Source: Burkholderiales bacterium (GTDB lineage Bacteria > Pseudomonadota > Gammaproteobacteria > Burkholderiales > SG8-39). From it: 64,000 bases of DNA. Positions 47,521-56,212 of the stretch are shown piece by piece. Every line of letters starts with the position of its first letter. The first letter of the stretch is position 1. The position numbers and the translations under genes are program-made. Below the pieces are notes generated by a model. It saw only the letters and a list, made by a program, of their open reading frames with translations, was not told the DNA's origin and did not search any database. Location of the stretch: positions 13,563 through 77,562 of the forward strand of contig DATBQR010000010.1 of NCBI GenBank assembly GCA_036560705.1, given 5' to 3'.

Positions 47521-48162
47521 ATGCTGTTGGCCATTACGTTAACATGCGCCCCGCTGGATGCAACCCCGGCGCTGGCGGGTTCTCCAATGGGTCGCGCCGA
47601 AGCGCTGGCCGCCCTGGAAAACGTCGTTCCCGAGCGACGCGCCGAGGCAGTCGCCTGGATCGCCGCCCACGGCCGCATGGCCGACCAGCCGCTGCTGCTC
47701 AAGCGCCTGCGCGACGGCGAGGATGCCGTGCGCCGCCTCGCCGAGCGGGGCCTGTGGGCGCTGTGGAGCCGCTCCGGCGACGCGGCCATCGACCGGCTCA
47801 TGGAAAGCGGCGGCGAGCTGATGCAGGCCGGCCGCCACCAGGAAGCCATCGCGGTGTTCACGGAAATCATCCGGCGCAAGCCCTCGTTCGCCGAGGGCTG
47901 GAACAAGCGCGCCACGGCGTATTTCCTGGCGGGCGACTTCAAGCGCTCGCTCGCCGACTGCGACGAAGTGATGAAACGCAACCCGAGCCATTTCGGCGCG
48001 CTCTCCGGCTACGGCCAGATCTACTTCCAGCTCGAGCAGTACGACGAGGCCGTCGAATACTGGCGCCGCGCGCTCGAGGTGAATCCCAACATGCAGGGTG
48101 TGGAAGGCAGTATCCGGCGCGTCGAGGAACTGCTGAAGGAAAAGCGCAGCCGCACGATTTAG
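47521..48162 (+). CDS. TPR-repeat protein
   Basis: 213 aa from ATG 47521. The longer track ORF and ATG 47473 would overlap the divergent gene start. HEAT/TPR-like N-terminal half, then AEGWNKRATAYFLAGDFKRSLADCDEVMKRNPSHF TPRs. Confidence 0.65.
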   Translation: MLLAITLTCAPLDATPALAGSPMGRAEALAALENVVPERRAEAVAWIAAHGRMADQPLLLKRLRDGEDAVRRLAERGLWALWSRSGDAAIDRLMESGGELMQAGRHQEAIAVFTEIIRRKPSFAEGWNKRATAYFLAGDFKRSLADCDEVMKRNPSHFGALSGYGQIYFQLEQYDEAVEYWRRALEVNPNMQGVEGSIRRVEELLKEKRSRTI

Positions 48163-48201
48163 GCGGCTCGCTCCAGGGATCACCGCAGCCGCACGATTTA
48201 G
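48145..48201. repeat. 18-bp perfect direct repeat CGCAGCCGCACGATTTAG (48145-48162 and 48184-48201)
   Basis: Read directly. Copy 1 holds the last codons and TAG of the TPR gene. Copy 2 supplies the TAA stop of the minus-strand ferredoxin-like ORF. Confidence 0.9.
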
Positions 48202-48377
48202 CGCGGGCCGCAGTACTCGAGCCCTTCGATCACCAGCACCCGGCAGGTGGAGCACTTGGCGTTGCCGCCGCAGACGTACGTATGGGGGATGCCGTTGTCG
48301 AGCGAGGCGCGCAGCAGCGTCGCGCCGGGGCCGCTGTCGATCGTCCTGCCGTCCGTCAGGTAACGGATTCGAGGCAT
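48198..48377 (-). CDS. truncated 2Fe-2S ferredoxin-like ORF (possible gene remnant)
   Basis: 59 aa from ATG 48377. [12 protein letters not shown] (Cx5Cx2C) ferredoxin motif, but the ORF stops 14 aa later. The stop codon lies inside the second copy of an 18-bp direct repeat. Confidence 0.45.
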   Translation of the reverse strand: MPRIRYLTDGRTIDSGPGATLLRASLDNGIPHTYVCGGNAKCSTCRVLVIEGLEYCGPR

Positions 48378-48739
48378 GCCGCGAACGACAGCAGCTCGGC
48401 GCGGTGAAGGCGCGCGAGTTGCTCCAGGCGCTGCTCGCCTTTGGGCGTCAGGTGCACCTCCACCCGGCGCATGTCGCCGCGGCTCCTGTTGCGCACGACC
48501 AATCCGGCCGCCGCGCACCTGGAGACCAGCGCCACGACCCCGTGATGCCTGGCCTGGAGGCGTTCAGCGAGCTCCATGACCGTCGCCCATTCGCGGCCGG
48601 GGAAGCCCTTGATCTGCAGCATGAGCTGGTATTGCAGCGGGGTTATTCCCTTGCTGTGGCTCGCCTGCTCGCTGAACCGGAGGAAGCGGCGCAGCTGATA
48701 GCGAAAGCGGGCGAGCGCCTCGATGTCGTCTTTCGACAT
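48356..48739 (-). CDS. MarR family transcriptional regulator
   Basis: 127 aa from ATG 48739 (alternative ATG 48775). [12 protein letters not shown]....[31 protein letters not shown] winged-helix core. Confidence 0.7.
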   Translation of the reverse strand: MSKDDIEALARFRYQLRRFLRFSEQASHSKGITPLQYQLMLQIKGFPGREWATVMELAERLQARHHGVVALVSRCAAAGLVVRNRSRGDMRRVEVHLTPKGEQRLEQLARLHRAELLSFAACLESVT

Positions 48740-48779
48740 CTTCTGTCCGGATGCCTCGGTGTTCTCCTGTTGCATCCCG

Positions 48780-48808
48780 GCAGGTATATCACATCGTGAT
48801 ATACCTGC
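48780..48808. promoter_or_regulatory. perfect 12-bp inverted repeat (GCAGGTATATCA-catcg-TGATATACCTGC), candidate MarR operator
   Basis: Read directly from the sequence. AT-rich core in a GC-rich genome. Lies 13 nt past the PAS-GGDEF-EAL stop and just upstream of the 48356..48739 MarR gene. Confidence 0.5.
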
Positions 48809-48821
48809 ACCAGACGCGGTG

Positions 48822-51800
48822 CTAGACGTAGTCCTTGGCCGCGGTCTCGGCATCGACCGGCGCGCCGGTCAGGTTGCCCTGGAGGAAATCGCAGCCGCAA
48901 GCCTTGAGCGCTTCGCGCTGCAGTTCCGACTCCACGCCGACGGCGGTCACCTTGAGCTCCAGCGCATGCGCGAGGCCCACGATGCCGGCGACGATCGCCT
49001 TGCTCTCCTTGTGTGCCTCGGCCACCAGCGAGCGGTCGATCTTCAGCTTGCCCACCGGCAGCTGGCGCAGGCCGACCAGGCTGGAATAGGCGGCGCCGAA
49101 GCTGTCGATCGCCACCGTCACCCCGAGGTCGCGCAGCTTCTTCAGCACCGCGGCGGCGAGATCGACGTTCTGCATCACCGTCGGCTCGGCGACTTCGATC
49201 TCGAGCAGCGGCGGCGGCAGCCCGGTTTCCTTGAGCGCGCGCGCCACCAGTTCGGCAAGCTTGGGGTCGTGGAACTGGCGCGGCGACAGGTTGACGCTCA
49301 CCGGCAGGCCGCGCTCGGTGCCGATGAAGGTCGCCCAGCGGCAGGCTTCGTGCAGCATCCATTCGCCCAGGCGCAGGATCAGGCCCGTGTCCTCGGCGAG
49401 GTGGACGAACTCCGCGGGGCCGACCACGCCGCGCGCCGGATGCTGCCAGCGCAGCAGCGCCTCGTGCGCCGCGGCGCGCCCGGTGGCCGGATCGACCATC
49501 GGCTGGTAGTAGACGCGCATCTCGCCCGCCTGCACCGCGCGCCGCAGGTCGCTCTCCAGCACCAGGCGCTTGGAGGCGGACTGGTTCATCTGCTCGGTGA
49601 AGAACTGGTAGTTGGCGCGCCCGGTTTCCTTGGCGTGGTACATCGCCGCGTCGGCGTTGCGGATCAGCGTCTCGGCGTCGCGCCCGTCGTCCGGGAACAC
49701 GCTGATGCCGACCGAGGGGGTGATGGTCAGCTCGCGGTCGTCCACCGAGAAGGGCAGCGCGACCGTCTCCAGGATCTTCGCCGCGACGTTGGCGGCGTCC
49801 GAGGAGCGCTTGATCTCCGGCAGCACCACCACGAATTCGTCGCCGCCCATGCGGCAGATGGTGTCCACCACGCGCAGCTGCTTGATCAGGCGCTCGGCCA
49901 CCTCCTTCAGCACCACGTCGCCCGCCGAGTGCCCGAGCGAATCGTTGATCGCCTTGAAGCGGTCCAGGTCGACGAACATCACCGCGGTCTGCTTGCGGTT
50001 GCGGTGGCTGAGCGCGAGCGCCTGCGTCAGCCGGTCCTCCAGCAGGCGCCGGTTGGGAAGTCCCGTGAGCGCATCGTGGTCGGCGAGGTGCTGGGCGCGG
50101 GTCTCCGCCTGCCGGCGGTCCGAGATCTCCGCCTGCAGGCGCTCGTTCGCCGCCTGCAGCTCGGCGGTGCGTTCCTCCACCGCGCGCTCGAGCGCGTCGC
50201 GCGAGGCCTGCAGGGATTCGCGCGTCGCGCGCTCGGCCGTGATGTCCTCGTAGATCCCGATGGTGCCCTCCTCGGGATGCACGGGGTCGATCGCCTTGGC
50301 CACCAGCTTGCACCAGAACAGCGACCCGTCCTTGCGCCGGAACTGGCGCTCGCCGACATGGCTGCTGCCGGTCGCCAGGTGCGGGTACATGGCGGCGCCC
50401 GCGGCCTCGTATTCCTCCCGCGACAGGAACAGCGGTTCGGTGGACATGCCCACCATCTCGCCCCGGGCGTAGCCGAGCATTTCCTCCAGGCGCGGATTGC
50501 AGCGCTGGAAGACCCGCTGGCGCAGGAAGGCGATGCCCACGGTGGCGTTGGTGAGGATCAGTTCCTGCTCGGCGAGGGCGCGCTGCACGCGCGCCTCCGC
50601 CTCGCGCTCAACGGTGACGTCCTCCAGGCTCCAGATCCATTCCTGGTCGGCGCCGCCGGCATCGATGCGGCGTCCGCGTGTGCGGCACAGGAAGGTGGAG
50701 CCGTCCGCGCGCTTGAAGCGCCACTCCATCTCGTGCGTGCCCCCCGGTTCGGTGTTCCGGTACGCGAGAGTGCCCGCCTGGGTCCATTCCGCGTCGCTGG
50801 CGAACAGGACCGACGAGGGAAGGCCGATCAGCGCGCCGGGCGGCGCACCCACCATCTCCTCGAGGAAGCGGTTGCAGCGCTCGATCCTGCGGCTGCGCAC
50901 GAAGGCGATGCCGACGGTGGCGTTGTCGAGGATCAGCTCCTGCTCGCGCACCATGCGCTGGACCTCGCCGTCGGCGCGCCGGCGCTCGGTAATGTCCTCG
51001 AACAGCCACACATAGCCCTTGGCGAGGTTGCCGGGCTCGAGCGCCCGCCCGGTGCGCCGGCACCAGAACCCGGAGCCGTCCTTACGCCGCAGCCACTGTT
51101 CCGGCGAGGGCGTCTTGCCGGCCTCGATCTCCGCGATGTACTGCCCGCTCGCCTCGAACTCCTCGTCGGTGAAGTAGTACTGCCGCGTCGACGCGCCGAG
51201 CGCCTCGCCGGGGGCGTAGCCGAACAGCTCCTCGAAGCGGCGGTTGCAGCGGACGATTTTCCGGTCGCGCTGGAAGGCGATGCCGATCACCACGTTGTTG
51301 GTGATCGCCTGCTGCTCGGAGAGCAGGCGCTGCAGTTCTTCCTCGGCGCGCTTCTGCTCGGTGATGTCCTCGAGCAGCCATACCGAGCCGCGCGCCGGGT
51401 CGGCCGGGTCCACCGCGCGGCCGGTCGAACGCTCCCAGAACACCGTGCCGTCGCGCCGCTTCGCCTGCAGCACGTGCGTGTGCGTCTGGCCGCGCGCCAT
51501 CTCGGCGTAGCTCCCGGTCGCGAGGGCGTGATCGCTTTCCGCGGCGTAGGTGACCGAAGTGGGCTTGCCGTTCAGCTCGCCGGGGGCGAAGCCGTACATC
51601 TCCTCCATGCGCCGGTTGCAGCGCACGATGATGCGATCGCGCACGAAGCAGATGCCGATCGAGGCGGTGTCCAGGATCGCGCTCTGCTCGCGCAGCAGGC
51701 GGGCGACCTCGTCGGCGTGGCGCTTGCGGCCGGTGATGTCTTCGAGGATCCAGACCGTGCCGCGCTGCGCGTCGGTCGCGCTGACCGCCTTGGCGATCAT

Positions 51801-52208
51801 GCGCGCGAGGAAGGTCGAGCCGTCCTTGCGCCGCATCTCCCACTCGACATCCACCTGCCGGCCCGCGCCGAGCAGCGGCACCGCGATCCCGCCCATCGCC
51901 TCGTAGCTCTCCCGCGAGGGATACGCCACCTCGCCGGGCTGGCCGATCAGCTCCTCGGCGTTCCAGCCGAGCATTTCGGCGAACTTCGGATTGCAGAGCG
52001 TGAACTTGCGGTCGCGCGTGAAGGCGATGCCGATGGACGCATTGGCGAGGATCGCCTTGTACTCGAGCTGCGCGTCGCGCGGCCGGCCCGCATAGCCCGC
52101 AGGCGGGCTCCTGACCCCATCCGCGGGCGGGGATTCGACGCCAGGCGCCGGGGCGTTTGCCGCCGCTGCGTCTTCCTCGAACGGACTGCGATCGTTCATC
52201 GACGCCAT
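48822..52208 (-). CDS. multi-PAS GGDEF-EAL c-di-GMP turnover protein
   Basis: 1128 aa. Five tandem PAS modules, each ending in W.LEDIT-type motifs, then a coiled coil, GGDEF (RMGGDEFVVV) and EAL (EALLRW) domains. Confidence 0.92.
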   Translation of the reverse strand: MASMNDRSPFEEDAAAANAPAPGVESPPADGVRSPPAGYAGRPRDAQLEYKAILANASIGIAFTRDRKFTLCNPKFAEMLGWNAEELIGQPGEVAYPSRESYEAMGGIAVPLLGAGRQVDVEWEMRRKDGSTFLARMIAKAVSATDAQRGTVWILEDITGRKRHADEVARLLREQSAILDTASIGICFVRDRIIVRCNRRMEEMYGFAPGELNGKPTSVTYAAESDHALATGSYAEMARGQTHTHVLQAKRRDGTVFWERSTGRAVDPADPARGSVWLLEDITEQKRAEEELQRLLSEQQAITNNVVIGIAFQRDRKIVRCNRRFEELFGYAPGEALGASTRQYYFTDEEFEASGQYIAEIEAGKTPSPEQWLRRKDGSGFWCRRTGRALEPGNLAKGYVWLFEDITERRRADGEVQRMVREQELILDNATVGIAFVRSRRIERCNRFLEEMVGAPPGALIGLPSSVLFASDAEWTQAGTLAYRNTEPGGTHEMEWRFKRADGSTFLCRTRGRRIDAGGADQEWIWSLEDVTVEREAEARVQRALAEQELILTNATVGIAFLRQRVFQRCNPRLEEMLGYARGEMVGMSTEPLFLSREEYEAAGAAMYPHLATGSSHVGERQFRRKDGSLFWCKLVAKAIDPVHPEEGTIGIYEDITAERATRESLQASRDALERAVEERTAELQAANERLQAEISDRRQAETRAQHLADHDALTGLPNRRLLEDRLTQALALSHRNRKQTAVMFVDLDRFKAINDSLGHSAGDVVLKEVAERLIKQLRVVDTICRMGGDEFVVVLPEIKRSSDAANVAAKILETVALPFSVDDRELTITPSVGISVFPDDGRDAETLIRNADAAMYHAKETGRANYQFFTEQMNQSASKRLVLESDLRRAVQAGEMRVYYQPMVDPATGRAAAHEALLRWQHPARGVVGPAEFVHLAEDTGLILRLGEWMLHEACRWATFIGTERGLPVSVNLSPRQFHDPKLAELVARALKETGLPPPLLEIEVAEPTVMQNVDLAAAVLKKLRDLGVTVAIDSFGAAYSSLVGLRQLPVGKLKIDRSLVAEAHKESKAIVAGIVGLAHALELKVTAVGVESELQREALKACGCDFLQGNLTGAPVDAETAAKDYV

Positions 52209-52272
52209 TCCCCCACGACCTCGCGGTTCTCCCCGAGCTATCGTTCGAATCGTACCTCCAATTGCGCTCCCG

Positions 52273-53013
52273 CTACCAGAAGCTCTCCACCGTAATCTGC
52301 CCGGGACTGCGGCGGCGGTGCTTCTTCAGGCCGCGCGCCGCGAGCGCCGCCGCCATGTCCTTCAGCATGTCCGGGTTGCCGCAGAGCATCAACTGCGAAC
52401 GCTCCGGGGAAATGGCCGCCGCCGCGGCCTCCAGGCGGCCGTCCGCGAGCGCCGCGGGAATGCGCCCTTGCAGCGCGCCGGAGAATGTTTCGCGGCTGAC
52501 AAAACGAACGTATGAAAGCCTCCCGGGATGGGTGTGCATCAACTGTTCGATCAGGTCCCCGTAGACCAGCTCGTTCGCATGGCGCACTCCGTGCACGAGA
52601 ATCACCCGCCGGTAGCGCTGCCAGGGCGCCTCGGTGCGCAGGATCGACAGGAAGGGCGCGATACCCGTGCCGGTAGCCACCAGCCAGAGATCCTCTGCCG
52701 GCGGGACTTCCGACAGGATCAGCCAGCCAGCGGGATTGTCCGCGACATGCAGCGTGTCGCCCGCCTGGAGGCGCGCCAGCTGCGGCGAGAGCGGTCCTTC
52801 CGGTACCACCACGCCGTAGAACTCCAGCACCGGGTCGGCGGGCGCGTTGACGAACGAAAACGGCCTCGCAATACGCTCTTCCCCGATGTCCAGGCCGATA
52901 CGCACGAACTGTCCCGCTTCGAACTTCAACCGCGGCGCCTCGACGCGCAGCGAGAACAGCGTATCAGTCCACGCGCGGTTTTCGATCACCCGCCCCGGAA
53001 TCCAGCCGCTCAT
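52273..53013 (-). CDS. fpr: ferredoxin-NADP+ reductase
   Basis: 246 aa. RPFSFVN (RxYS-like FAD motif), LVATGTGIAPFLSIL, and a C-terminal aromatic residue (..ESFW). Confidence 0.88.
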   Translation of the reverse strand: MSGWIPGRVIENRAWTDTLFSLRVEAPRLKFEAGQFVRIGLDIGEERIARPFSFVNAPADPVLEFYGVVVPEGPLSPQLARLQAGDTLHVADNPAGWLILSEVPPAEDLWLVATGTGIAPFLSILRTEAPWQRYRRVILVHGVRHANELVYGDLIEQLMHTHPGRLSYVRFVSRETFSGALQGRIPAALADGRLEAAAAAISPERSQLMLCGNPDMLKDMAAALAARGLKKHRRRSPGQITVESFW

Positions 53014-53318
53014 TGGACGGGATAAGGCTCGATGTAGAGATCCTGCACGTCGGCGCCCAGCACAGTGATCGAGCCGCGGCGGCGGTTGTTGCCGTTGTCG
53101 GAGAACTCGAACACGAACACGCGCCGGATCCTCAGCTCGCCGGCGTCGTTGCGCGCGAGGCGCAGCCCCGCGCCGGCCACCGTTTCATCGAGCAGCTGCA
53201 GGCCGTTGCGCTCGCAGGCGGTGCGCCCGGCCGCGAGCGCCCGCTCGCGCGCGCGCAGGCTGTCGATCCAGAACGCGAGGCCGGCGACGATGAGGACCAG
53301 GGCAACCGTCTCCCACAT
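53010..53318 (-). CDS. DUF3301-like small membrane protein
   Basis: 102 aa. One N-terminal TM helix, then RERAL...C...GLQLLD pattern. Confidence 0.7.
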   Translation of the reverse strand: MWETVALVLIVAGLAFWIDSLRARERALAAGRTACERNGLQLLDETVAGAGLRLARNDAGELRIRRVFVFEFSDNGNNRRRGSITVLGADVQDLYIEPYPVQ

Positions 53319-54365
53319 CTATTGCGCGCAGGGGCTCGGATAGAGCGCGTTGACGGCTTCTATTTCCTCCTGCAGTTCCTTTGATATTTCCATTCCGAAG
53401 AAACCCGACAGCTCGTCCAGCTGCCTGATCGAAGTCGCCCCGATGATGGTCGAGGCGGTGAAGAAGCGGCTCTTGCAGAACGCCAGCGCGATGCCGGCGA
53501 GCGGTAGGTGGTGTTTTTCCGCGAGTCGGTGGTATGCCTCGACGGCCGCCAGCACGCGCGGCCGCTTGTAGCGCTCGCCGAAATCCGCGAATTTCTGCAG
53601 CCGTGCCGCGCCCGGCCAGGGTTTCGCTTTCATCTTGTCCGAGAGCAGGCCCATGGCGAGCGGGGAGTAGGCGAGCAGCGGCACGCCGACGCGGCGGCTC
53701 GCCTCCGCGAGGTCGCCGTCGAACAGGCGGTTCACCAGGCTGTAGCCGTTCTGCACGGAGGCCGGCGGCGGCAGGCCGTTGTCCTTCGCTACGCGCGTGA
53801 ATTCGCACAGGCCCCAGGCGGTTTCGTTGGACAGCCCGTAGGCGCGGATTTTTCCGGCCTTGATCGCCGCCGCCATGCCCTCGACCTGCTCGAGGATGGG
53901 CGTCGCTTCGCGCTCCTTCGACGGGTCGTACTGCCAGGCGCCGAAGGCAGGCACGTAGCGTTCGGGCCAGTGGATCTGGTAGAGGTCGATGTAGTCGGTC
54001 TGCAGGCGCTGCAGGCTGTCGTCGATCGCCCAGGGGATGGTCTTCCTGGTGACGTGGTTCTCGCCGTTGCGGATCCACTCGCGCCGCCCCGGGCCGGCGA
54101 TCTTCGAGGCGAGCACGATGCCCGCCCGCTTCGCCTTGTTCCTGCCGAGCCAGCTGCCGATGATCTTCTCGGTCGCGCCCTGCGTCTTCTGCGCCGGCGG
54201 CACCGGGTACATCTCGGCGGTATCGATGAAATTGATGCCGCGATCCAGCGCCCATTCGATCTGCGCGTGGCCCTCGGCTTCCGTGTTCTGCTCCCCCCAG
54301 GTCATGGTGCCGAGGCAGATCTCGCTGACCTCCAGCGTGCTCGCGCCCAGCTTGCGTTTTTTCAT
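53319..54365 (-). CDS. tas: NADP(H)-dependent aldo-keto reductase (Tas-like)
   Basis: 348 aa. Collinear with E. coli Tas as I recall it (LGTMTWGEQN, INFIDTAEMYPVPP, LQTDYIDLYQIHWP, GKIRAYGLSNETAWG). Confidence 0.85.
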   Translation of the reverse strand: MKKRKLGASTLEVSEICLGTMTWGEQNTEAEGHAQIEWALDRGINFIDTAEMYPVPPAQKTQGATEKIIGSWLGRNKAKRAGIVLASKIAGPGRREWIRNGENHVTRKTIPWAIDDSLQRLQTDYIDLYQIHWPERYVPAFGAWQYDPSKEREATPILEQVEGMAAAIKAGKIRAYGLSNETAWGLCEFTRVAKDNGLPPPASVQNGYSLVNRLFDGDLAEASRRVGVPLLAYSPLAMGLLSDKMKAKPWPGAARLQKFADFGERYKRPRVLAAVEAYHRLAEKHHLPLAGIALAFCKSRFFTASTIIGATSIRQLDELSGFFGMEISKELQEEIEAVNALYPSPCAQ

Positions 54366-54377
54366 GCCCTGATTTTC

Positions 54378-56183
54378 TCACGCCCCGCGCAGGGCAAAGG
54401 CGGGAACGGTCTGCGAAAAACCCTTCAATTGCAGATCGCCGACCGGGTCGAACTCGAATGACCCTTCCAGCGCCGCGACCGTCTTGCGGTCGGCGAGGAT
54501 CTGCCCGCCCTTCGCCTCGGCGCACAGGCGCGCCGCCAGATTCGTCACCGGGCCGATCGCGGCGTAGTCCCGGCGTCCCTCGAAACCGATGGCGCCCAGC
54601 GTCGCAAAACCCTGCGCGATGCCCGCGCCGAGGCCAAGGTCATGGCCACGCTTCTTCCAGAGCGCAGCGATCGGCTCGAAGGCGCGCATCATGGCGATCG
54701 CTGCCCGCATCGCCTGCTCCGCAGGCCGCTCGACCGGCAGCGGGTCGTTGAAGAAAACCATCACCGAGTCCCCGGCGAAACGCTCGATCGTGCCTTCGTG
54801 CTCCATCACCAGCTTGCCGAGCGCGCCGTGGAAATCGCTCAGCAGCTCCATCACTTCCTCGGGTTCGGCCGCGCCGGTGAACGCGGTGAAGCCGCGCAGG
54901 TCGAAGAACTGCACCGTGATCTCGCGCCGGTGGGTCTTGAGGAGATCATCTCCCTTACCCGCGGCCAGGAGTTCGGCGAGCTGCGGCGAGAAGAAGCTCT
55001 TCAGCCGCGCCATGCGCTCTTCGTTCAGAGCCTTTGTCTCGTTGAACAGCCGCACGTTCTCGATCGCGATCACCGCCTGGTTGGCAAAATTCCCGATCAG
55101 GGCGATCTGTCGCTCGGTGAAGGCGCGCACTTCCGTGCGGTACATCGCGACTTCGCCGATCACCTCGTTTTCCTTCATCATCGGCACGAGAAGCAGCGTG
55201 CGCATCCCGGCGACTTCCACCGCGGCAACGGGCAGCGGCGCGCCCGAGCGGTAGCCTGCGTCCTCGCGCATGTCCACGATATGGACCGACTTGCCGCTTG
55301 TCACGACGCGGGCAAGCGGCACATCGGGCGAAGGCCGCACCGTCATTCCGGTGCGCCATTGCTCGGCCGGCAGCGCGCCGTGGAGCGCGGCCATTCTGAA
55401 GGCGTCGCCCTCCCGCAGCCAAAAAACGCCGTAGGCCGCCTCGCACAGCGACGTCGCATTCGCAAGGATGGCCTTGAATACCGGCATCAGCTCGCTTGGC
55501 GAGCTCGAGATGATGCGCAGGATCTCGGAGGTCGCGGTTTGCTGCTCCAGCGCCTCCTTGGTCTCATTGAACAGCCGCACGTTCTCGATCGCGATCACCG
55601 CCTGGTCGGCGAAGGTTCGAAGCAAGGCATTCTGCCTTTCGGAAAGCGGCCCCGGCGCGAGGCGCACCACGCTGATGGCGCCGATGGCGGCTCCGTCGCG
55701 CATCATGGGTGCCACGGACATCGCCCGGTAGCCGCTCAGCGCAAAGTGCCGTCGCCCTTCCACGAACTTCTCCTGCACCGCCAATGCATCGGCCACCTCA
55801 ACCATCGCGCAATCCAGGATCGCGGCGCTCTGGATATACTCGCGGTCGAGGGGAAAAGGAAAACGGCCAGCCCATTTCGCAGCGCGCCCCGGGTCCGACT
55901 CGGCGATGGCCATGAGCCGCACCTGCCCGCCATCCGGCCGCACTACCGCCACCGCGGCCTCCTTGAACAGCCGGACGCCGGTCCGGACGATCGCTTCGAA
56001 CACAGGCTGCACGTCCGACGGCGAGCTCGCAATGACCTTCAGTATTTCCGCCGTCGCCGTCTGCCGCTGCAGCGCCTCGGCGAGCTGCTGCTTGAGCGGG
56101 ACCTCAGCGGTTTTACCGCGGGCGCGCGCCTTCCGCCGCAGTCGCGGCCGGATGGCCTGCCTGGTTTTCCTGGATGCTGCCAT
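54378..56183 (-). CDS. GAF-GAF class III adenylate/guanylate cyclase
   Basis: 601 aa. Two GAF modules, each preceded by QQTAT.EIL..I.SSP and ending in QAVIAIENVRLFNETK. C-terminal cyclase domain (ITVQFFDLRGFTAF, ERFAGDSVMVFF). Confidence 0.88.
   Translation of the reverse strand: MAASRKTRQAIRPRLRRKARARGKTAEVPLKQQLAEALQRQTATAEILKVIASSPSDVQPVFEAIVRTGVRLFKEAAVAVVRPDGGQVRLMAIAESDPGRAAKWAGRFPFPLDREYIQSAAILDCAMVEVADALAVQEKFVEGRRHFALSGYRAMSVAPMMRDGAAIGAISVVRLAPGPLSERQNALLRTFADQAVIAIENVRLFNETKEALEQQTATSEILRIISSSPSELMPVFKAILANATSLCEAAYGVFWLREGDAFRMAALHGALPAEQWRTGMTVRPSPDVPLARVVTSGKSVHIVDMREDAGYRSGAPLPVAAVEVAGMRTLLLVPMMKENEVIGEVAMYRTEVRAFTERQIALIGNFANQAVIAIENVRLFNETKALNEERMARLKSFFSPQLAELLAAGKGDDLLKTHRREITVQFFDLRGFTAFTGAAEPEEVMELLSDFHGALGKLVMEHEGTIERFAGDSVMVFFNDPLPVERPAEQAMRAAIAMMRAFEPIAALWKKRGHDLGLGAGIAQGFATLGAIGFEGRRDYAAIGPVTNLAARLCAEAKGGQILADRKTVAALEGSFEFDPVGDLQLKGFSQTVPAFALRGA
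55036..55609 (-). repeat. intragenic direct repeat: 49 bp with 2 mismatches (40-bp perfect core) at 55036-55084 and 55561-55609
   Basis: Read directly. Spacing is exactly 525 bp (175 codons). Encodes the QAVIAIENVRLFNETK helix that closes each GAF module. Confidence 0.9.
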
Positions 56184-56212
56184 GGGTCCCCTTCCCCGGC
56201 GAACGCCAATTA

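Noticed and set aside
48780-48808. The 12-bp-arm hairpin read as a rho-independent terminator of the PAS-GGDEF-EAL gene.
   Set aside because: The stem is AT-rich and no U-tract follows on the transcribed strand. Its position directly upstream of a MarR gene fits an operator better. Not fully excluded.
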